Below are positions 48,528 to 50,927 of a stretch of 50,927 nt of DNA, piece by piece. Location: the NCBI RefSeq assembly GCF_041956535.1, contig NW_027192237.1, positions 7,351 to 58,277 on the forward strand. The letters run 5' to 3'. The DNA comes from Calcarisporiella thermophila CBS 279.70. Its lineage: Eukaryota > Fungi > Calcarisporiellomycota. Numbering within the stretch: position 1 is the stretch's first letter; the number at the start of each line of letters is the position of its first letter. Position numbers and translations under genes: made by a program. The notes below the pieces were generated by a model. The model was not told where the DNA came from, did not search any database, and worked only from the letters and a program-made list of their open reading frames with translations.

Positions 48528-48876
48528 ATTACTTCCAAAGGAGTTGGCTTTATGTGCCGAATCAATAAGGGATTAGATGCAGAACTCTACCAGAATATTT
48601 TAGGAGATGTGTTAATGAGAACGTTAGATTGGTATGAACTGGACAAGGATCAGATCATTTTCCAACATGATAATGATCCTAAACATACCGCGCGTAGCAC
48701 AGTAGAATGGCTAGCAAACCATAATGTTAACGTACTAGAATGGCCAGCTCAGTCTCCTGATTTAAACTCTATCGAGTTCATGTGGGATGAGTTAGACAGA
48801 AGAATCCAAGATCGTGAGCAGCAGCCGACTAATGCTGAGGCACTTTAGGATATACTGCAGGAAGAGTGGGAGAAGA

Positions 48877-49556
48877 NNNNNNNNNNNNNNNNNNNNNNNN
48901 NNNNNNNNNNNNNNNNNNNNNNNNNNNNNNNNNNNNNNNNNNNNNNNNNNNNNNNNNNNNNNNNNNNNNNNNNNNNNNNNNNNNNNNNNNNNNNNNNNNN
49001 NNNNNNNNNNNNNNNNNNNNNNNNNNNNNNNNNNNNNNNNNNNNNNNNNNNNNNNNNNNNNNNNNNNNNNNNNNNNNNNNNNNNNNNNNNNNNNNNNNNN
49101 NNNNNNNNNNNNNNNNNNNNNNNNNNNNNNNNNNNNNNNNNNNNNNNNNNNNNNNNNNNNNNNNNNNNNNNNNNNNNNNNNNNNNNNNNNNNNNNNNNNN
49201 NNNNNNNNNNNNNNNNNNNNNNNNNNNNNNNNNNNNNNNNNNNNNNNNNNNNNNNNNNNNNNNNNNNNNNNNNNNNNNNNNNNNNNNNNNNNNNNNNNNN
49301 NNNNNNNNNNNNNNNNNNNNNNNNNNNNNNNNNNNNNNNNNNNNNNNNNNNNNNNNNNNNNNNNNNNNNNNNNNNNNNNNNNNNNNNNNNNNNNNNNNNN
49401 NNNNNNNNNNNNNNNNNNNNNNNNNNNNNNNNNNNNNNNNNNNNNNNNNNNNNNNNNNNNNNNNNNNNNNNNNNNNNNNNNNNNNNNNNNNNNNNNNNNN
49501 NNNNNNNNNNNNNNNNNNNNNNNNNNNNNNNNNNNNNNNNNNNNNNNNNNNNNNNN
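48877..49556. other. Assembly gap (N run)
   Basis: Run of N. Confidence 1.
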
Positions 49557-50927
49557 GTTTGAAAAATCGACTTTTATGGATAACTTTCAAGTAAAAGGGT
49601 TTTTTGCAAGGGCATATAGATGGAATGATCGGGCAAGGGTGTTTATAGTTGATGTACGTAACGCAACTTGCAGTACCTCCATTTGGAGATATAAGACGAA
49701 ATAATGAGAAATTAAAAAAACATGGGCTCAATTTTTAAGTCCAATGTACGATATCAAGAGATGTTTTGATACCTTACACGTTTTTGAGGGCTGTTTTTTG
49801 CCTTAATTTCTCTAAAGCACTAAATTTAGAAAACAAGTGGTGTGTTCTCGCGCTCGTTCTCCTTGCTCGATATTAGTGGGCGGTCTGAACGAGTTTTTTC
49901 TGATTGATAGTCAAGTAAACATTGCATACTGACACATTTTGAGAAAACGTTGTAATGAAGATCAAAAAGAGTAGCAATTTGTTGGTACAAATAAGCTTAT
50001 ATTGAGAATAAAAGAATATGCGTTCATATCTTTTTGGATAGTGGCTCCATGAGCATGAGCTTATATCTGTTGATGGATGTCTATCTCAAGTATTATTTAA
50101 AATTAAAACAAAAAATTATAATAATAAAGTTATTGAATAAGCAAACTTTTCCAGATGGCGGATGGATTTTCAACGAAATTGCAAAAGTCATATATACGTT
50201 TTGTTAAAACTCAGCCTCCTATCTCTCGGAAAATTTTCGTTTAAACTTTTGTGATAATTATGAAATGGTATTGCCTTTATGTTATATTATTATAATATAA
50301 ATCATCATTGGTATACTTCATGGGATAAAAGGACAATAAGAGCGATAAGAAAAACACTTTAATTTCATATACCTTCGTGCGGCATACTGTAAATTGCTTT
50401 CCATTCTGTCATTACTAGTGACAGCATATATGGTTTTATCGCTACTATCCACTCAAATTCACTTCTCCCTCTCTCTTTGGAGAACCATTACTCTTACTCT
50501 TACCGTTACGCTTCCCAATATTTACTGTATAGCCATTTTACAGCATCTATTTCTTAAATATTTATTTATTGGTTTCCTTAGCTATTTGATTTGCTAGATT
50601 TATATCTACAACTTTTATTTTCTATCCCCTCCTTTTTCCTTCTCCCTCTTCCATTCTCCTATTTTACCTATCCCTTTACGCTGAAATTTCACTCGTATAG
50701 AGCTACCTAGCTATTTGACCCATTCAGTTTGTTTACATCTACTCTTATTATCGAGTTCCTTAGATAGTTGGTTTATTCGATTTAGAGTTATACTTATTCT
50801 TATCCCCTTTTCCCCCCTTTTACTTCTATTTTATTCCTCTCTCTCTATAGTGAAATCTCACCAGCCTACTGATAACCACCACCCACACGAGTGCGACGTC
50901 ATCAATTCTTACTTAAGCCTAGCGTAT

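Larger units (their letters stand above)
45729..48876 (+). mobile_element. Tc1 element hosting nested LTR insertions; transposase N-terminus from 46303, DDE part 48528-48876
   Basis: TA|CAGCCGCGTCCGAAAT candidate TIR; MKPIPNKIRASIIQ...IADALNI; ITSKGVG, FQHDNDPKH, WPAQSPDLNSIE; right end lost in the gap. Confidence 0.7.

Noticed and set aside
50914-50927. TAAGCCTAGCGTAT at the window end matches the DIRS terminus at ~39029
   Set aside because: Only 14 nt and cut by the window edge; cannot be confirmed

Overview
Eukaryotic, almost certainly fungal, genomic DNA: short GT-AG introns, AT-rich intergenic sequence, three assembly gaps. DIRS elements hint at a non-ascomycete, possibly early-diverging lineage (inference). 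The centre (22.1-38.9 kb) is a compact six-gene isocyanide biosynthetic gene cluster: an arylamine N-acetyltransferase-fold enzyme, a MalA-type Zn-finger flavin-dependent halogenase, two paralogous 4-exon isocyanide synthase (PvcA/Dit1)-Fe/2OG dioxygenase (PvcB/TauD) fusions, a PSPG-box UDP-glycosyltransferase and a DHA2 MFS exporter. The two ICS fusions look reciprocally degenerate: copy 1 keeps the dioxygenase ligands but has a diverged ICS motif, while copy 2 keeps a canonical ICS and has lost the dioxygenase HxD and C-terminal Arg. The inferred product is a halogenated, glycosylated aryl or indolyl vinyl isocyanide. The flanks are dense with decayed and nested transposons (Tc1, Ty3/gypsy, copia, DIRS, CACTA-like CCCTA elements and MITEs, solo LTRs with TSDs). 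They also hold two small Cys-rich secreted proteins, two bacterial-like SnoaL genes (one fused in frame to Gag) and a beta-carbonic anhydrase pseudogene split by a CACTA-like element. All family calls come from motif recognition by eye; no searches were run.
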